In this document: piece after piece, positions 60,531 to 64,000 of the stretch | Position numbering within the stretch: the first letter of the stretch is position 1 | How the letters are laid out: each line of letters starts with the position of its first letter | Source of the DNA: Candidatus Cloacimonadales bacterium | GTDB lineage: Bacteria; Cloacimonadota; Cloacimonadia; Cloacimonadales; DAONDQ01 | Direction: 5' to 3' | DNA length: 64,000 nt | Assembly (NCBI GenBank): GCA_963662275.1 | Contig: OY759316.1 | Location: 3,616,001 to 3,680,000, forward strand | The notes under the pieces: model-generated | The model's input: the letters and a program-made list of their open reading frames with translations, nothing else | Database searches by the model: none | Told to the model about the DNA's origin: nothing | Program-made: the position numbers and the translations under genes

Positions 60531-61685
60531 TCACTTCGTTAATGTGGCTTTAATAACAGATTTCAAATTCCCTGATGTCATTTCAACTATATATACACCA
60601 GAAGAACAAGTACGTCCTCTGACATCTCTTCCATCCCAAACAACACTATAGCTATTTATATCTTTCTCTTCAGATAATATGTTTTTCATGATTTGCCCTT
60701 TCAAATTATAGACATTGATAATCACTTTACCTTTATTTGCTACACTGAAAGTAATCGTGACACTTGATGCAAATGGATTCGGAAAAACACTGTTAAGTGA
60801 AGTTATCGCAGGAATGTTCTTCATATGTGTGTTTTTTTGGTCATTATCCACAGTTGCTCTGATTGGACCATGAAAAGTGACTTTCCCCTTGCGACTACTA
60901 TCTTGTAGCCAATAATAATGAAAATCACTGGATTCATGAACATCAATAAAAGAATAAGTATGTTCATAAGATGTGTTAGCTGCATTTACGATAGAAGCAT
61001 TTACCTGGACTGCTGTTGATAAATCTTCACTATTGCTTCGGAATATGTTGAAACCGGTTATATTCTTTTCGGATTGCGTCACCCATTCTAATGTTACATA
61101 TCTCTGTTCTCTTTGAATTGCTGAAAAGGAAGTCAGGTCAACAGGTAAATCCTGGTCAATCTCTGTTAATGTCCAGTCTAAATATTCCTTTGATGTGCTG
61201 TTCAGGGATGTAATTCCTGTAACTGTTATCGTTTTGTATTTTCCTCTATTCTCAACATTATATATCCCTACAAACTTCCATTGTGATTCCCCTGTGACAT
61301 GATTCCTTTGAAAAACATTCATAATCGATGAGGAAGATAAAGCTGCTGGATATGAGAAAACTACATCTGTTATTCCAACCATTGTGCCTGTTGTCTGCCA
61401 TGTATGTGCTATGCTTGTATAAATACCGAACTTGTGAGCATCATTGTGCATCGTTACTTTGAACCCAGTTATTGTGCACGCTCCCATAATAGCAAAATCC
61501 TGATCATCAACTGTGAGTTTGTGATCTTGTTTAATATTAACTGAATCATCTTTACCTGGTATGATACCGCCTGACCAAGTTGCAGGTGAATTCCAGTTAC
61601 CTGTTTGTTCTGTTGTTATGATGATTGCATAACCTTCAACAAAAACGATCATCAGAATAAATGCAATCAGAATCATGTGTTTCAT
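60531..61685 (-). CDS. Secreted protein with LPVDLTSF domain and CTD
   Basis: Signal peptide, GNWNSPATWSGG motif, LPVDLTSFSA...YYWLQ, FPNPFAS...WDGRD...SSGVYIV; RBS AGGAG. Confidence 0.85.
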   Translation of the reverse strand: MKHMILIAFILMIVFVEGYAIIITTEQTGNWNSPATWSGGIIPGKDDSVNIKQDHKLTVDDQDFAIMGACTITGFKVTMHNDAHKFGIYTSIAHTWQTTGTMVGITDVVFSYPAALSSSSIMNVFQRNHVTGESQWKFVGIYNVENRGKYKTITVTGITSLNSTSKEYLDWTLTEIDQDLPVDLTSFSAIQREQRYVTLEWVTQSEKNITGFNIFRSNSEDLSTAVQVNASIVNAANTSYEHTYSFIDVHESSDFHYYWLQDSSRKGKVTFHGPIRATVDNDQKNTHMKNIPAITSLNSVFPNPFASSVTITFSVANKGKVIINVYNLKGQIMKNILSEEKDINSYSVVWDGRDVRGRTCSSGVYIVEMTSGNLKSVIKATLTK

Positions 61686-61750
61686 CTACTTCTCCTAAAC
61701 ATACTCTGCATTAGTTAACACTTATATCTTTGTGTGTCATTTCCTTATTT

Positions 61751-61766
61751 AGCATAGTATGCGCCA
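61751..61766 (-). promoter_or_regulatory. Sigma-54 (-24/-12) promoter
   Basis: Minus strand TGGCGCATACTATGCT = GG-N10-GC, 65 nt upstream of ATG 61685, next to a sigma-54 activator gene. Confidence 0.7.
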
Positions 61767-62126
61767 TATGAATCAAATTGCTTAACTGCCTAATATAATA
61801 ATTAGTTGCATGATATAAGATGGAAACCGTATGGCAAAATACACTACTTGGACTATATGGCTTTTCTGATGTTTTCTTGTAAAAGTCTAGGTATGTTGAG
61901 CCAATAGCATCTCAATCCCATATAATATAAACATTTTATTGTGGCTGTTCAATGATTATGACTGAATTGCATTTAATTAACAAGCTTAAGAAGTTGTATT
62001 AAGAAGAATGTGTTTGAATTGTTGTATATATACCTACTTCGAAAAGACATATATGGCAAAAAATACAACAAAAAAAGGTAGAGGATCTAACAACTCAATC
62101 CAACGGAAAAGGAGAGGCTAGTAATA

Positions 62127-63470
62127 CTACGTGGGGTGGTTAATTTTATAGTGTTTTATTTTCTTTAATAAATTGGATTTATCCAATCCCAAAGCTTTGG
62201 CAGAATGCGTAATGTTCCAGTCATGTTCAATTAGTGTATTAAAAATATAGCCTTTCTCGAAAGCATGGACTACACTGCGCAGAGAATTGGAATCTGTAGA
62301 AAGTGATGTATTAATAGTCTTTTCTGAAGGGTGCAAATCTAACACCGTAAGGGAGTCATTTTTGGCAAAAATCACCCCCCTTTCGATAGTATTACGTAAT
62401 TCACGAACATTCCCTTTCCAATCATGTTCAATCAACCATTGCATCGCTTGAGATGATATTGTTTTGGGGAGTATGTTATTTTTCAGACTAAATAGATTCA
62501 GGAAATAAATGGCAAGCTCAAGGATATCCTCTTTTCGTGATTTCAGGGGCGGTACTTTAATGTTAATAGTGTTGATGCGATAATACAGATCTTCTCTAAA
62601 ATCTCCATTTTTTATCTGTGTCGGTAAGTCATGATTGGTTGTACAAATAACTCGGCAATTAACTTTATGCATTTTCCCTCCAAGTTTCTGTATCTCACCT
62701 TCTGCAAGTATGCGCAATAATTTTGCCTGAGCCTGGATGGGCAATTCGCTGATTTCGTCTAGAAGGATGTCACTTCCATCTGCATATTCGAAATAGCCTT
62801 TTCGTGATTTTAATGCTCCGGTAAAAGCGCCTTGCTCATAACCAAATAATTCGGACTCAACTAAATCACGTGGTATGGCACCACAGTTTACTGTTATCAT
62901 ACTTTGATTGGAATGAGAACTGAGTTTATGGATTGCTTGCGCAACCAATTCTTTTCCAACACCAGTTTCACCTGTTATCAGTACTGGAGAGTTGTATTGA
63001 GCAGCCAGGATGATATTTTCATGTATGACTTGCATAGCTTCAGAAGAACCAACCATGCCAACAGCCGAGATGATCATGTTTTTACTTTTTTCTTCCTTAG
63101 TAATTCGGTCTTTCACATTTCTAATTTTTGTGATTAAATATTCAGGAATAACTGGTTTTTCAATGAATTCGGTTGCCCCTAATTTGAAAACTTGCATCGC
63201 ATCAGATAAATGTACTTTTGCAGAAATTACGATAACTGCAACATAGGAATGATTCTCTTGTACATGTTCCAGTACTTTAAAGCCGTCCGAGATTTCAGGG
63301 AAGCATAAATCCTGAAACAAGATATCAATTCGGTTCTCCTCTAAAATTTGATAACTCTGTTCCGTGTTATTTGCGGTAAAAGCCTGATAGCCTGCTTTTA
63401 ATACTACCGTTGATAATACTTTACATACCATTTCATTATCATCAGCAATTAATACATTAATCTGTCGCAC
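62127..63470 (-). CDS. Sigma-54-dependent NtrC-family response regulator
   Basis: Receiver (ADD, FQD, KP), GETGVGKE, ESELFG..GAFTGA, LDEI, FREDLYYR, WKGNVREL, Fis-type HTH. Confidence 0.95.
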   Translation of the reverse strand: MRQINVLIADDNEMVCKVLSTVVLKAGYQAFTANNTEQSYQILEENRIDILFQDLCFPEISDGFKVLEHVQENHSYVAVIVISAKVHLSDAMQVFKLGATEFIEKPVIPEYLITKIRNVKDRITKEEKSKNMIISAVGMVGSSEAMQVIHENIILAAQYNSPVLITGETGVGKELVAQAIHKLSSHSNQSMITVNCGAIPRDLVESELFGYEQGAFTGALKSRKGYFEYADGSDILLDEISELPIQAQAKLLRILAEGEIQKLGGKMHKVNCRVICTTNHDLPTQIKNGDFREDLYYRINTINIKVPPLKSRKEDILELAIYFLNLFSLKNNILPKTISSQAMQWLIEHDWKGNVRELRNTIERGVIFAKNDSLTVLDLHPSEKTINTSLSTDSNSLRSVVHAFEKGYIFNTLIEHDWNITHSAKALGLDKSNLLKKIKHYKINHPT

Positions 63471-63627
63471 AACAGTCTCCCTTCATCTCATTCCAAATTT
63501 GAATTGCTTTTCTTATTTGCGTTCTAACAGCAGGACCCCAACCCTGCTCAGATTGCATCTTCATTTCTACCCAAAGAAGATCATATTTAAATTAAATCCT
63601 TATATTTATTATATAATCATACTTTTC

Positions 63628-63712
63628 GTGGTATAAGATTCCAATCCTACTGAACATAAGACTTTATTTCTATTCAGGTTATGCATAACATAAGATCGGA
63701 ATCTTATGCCAC
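63628..63712. repeat. REP doublet (REPIN-like) of the GTGG..AGGATTCCGATCCTAC family
   Basis: gtggtataagattccaatcctac (63628-63650) and inverted ataagatcggaatcttatgccac (63690-63712); same family as 27262-27622. Confidence 0.8.
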
Positions 63713-63714
63713 AT

Positions 63715-64000
63715 CTACAAGCAAATCTGTTTGCTAATTTCGTGCTCTTTAACTGTAAATTTAACGATTTCAATAGAACATGGTTTTAAAATTTCTTCCA
63801 GATAAGCAAGTACAGGATATTCTGTCCAGAAGTGTCCTGCATCAATGATCGGGATTCCACTTTCCAGCATTGCATGATAGTTAATATCTCCCGTGATGAA
63901 AGCATCAGCTCTGCCAATTAGCTGCCTTAATAAGGAACCACCCGCACCACCACAAACAGCAATAGTCTTCACTTTTTCGGTAATCTTTTTATCTGCCAGC
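63715..64000 (-). CDS. Nif3-like dinuclear metal centre protein, 5' end beyond window edge
   Basis: IAVCGGAG, ADAFITGD..YH, IIDAGHFWTE; frame open to the edge. Confidence 0.88.
   Translation of the reverse strand, partial: LADKKITEKVKTIAVCGGAGGSLLRQLIGRADAFITGDINYHAMLESGIPIIDAGHFWTEYPVLAYLEEILKPCSIEIVKFTVKEHEISKQICL

Overview
AT-rich bacterial chromosomal window. Candidatus Cloacimonadota or another FCB-related lineage is my inference from gene order and the many secreted proteins ending in a YPNPFN-type FlgD-Ig/'T9SS type A-like' C-terminal domain (CTD). Housekeeping content: a complete minus-strand S10-spc-alpha cluster (30 genes, rpsJ to rplQ, including secY-map-infA-rpmJ, no adk), valS, a phosphomannomutase/phosphoglucomutase, rdgB, an ABC-F ATPase and tRNA-Ile2(CAT). 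Accessory content: seven intact CTD-bearing secreted proteins (one a C25 gingipain-like peptidase), an IS1182-family element, a class C-like group II intron inserted right after the ribosomal operon terminator, and a dense set of REP/REPIN-like palindromes that are nested, tandemly amplified and sometimes translated. Most notable: (1) a lipoprotein carrying a split/circularly permuted CTD whose YPNPYN strand sits at the extreme C-terminus; (2) a two-gene operon in which a tiny CTD protein and an FGE/CLec protein with a DGR-like variable 3' end share the same N-terminal motif, a candidate modular surface-display system; (3) a six-copy ~62-nt hairpin family with compensatory stem changes. All calls were made by eye from motifs; no database search or folding computation was run.
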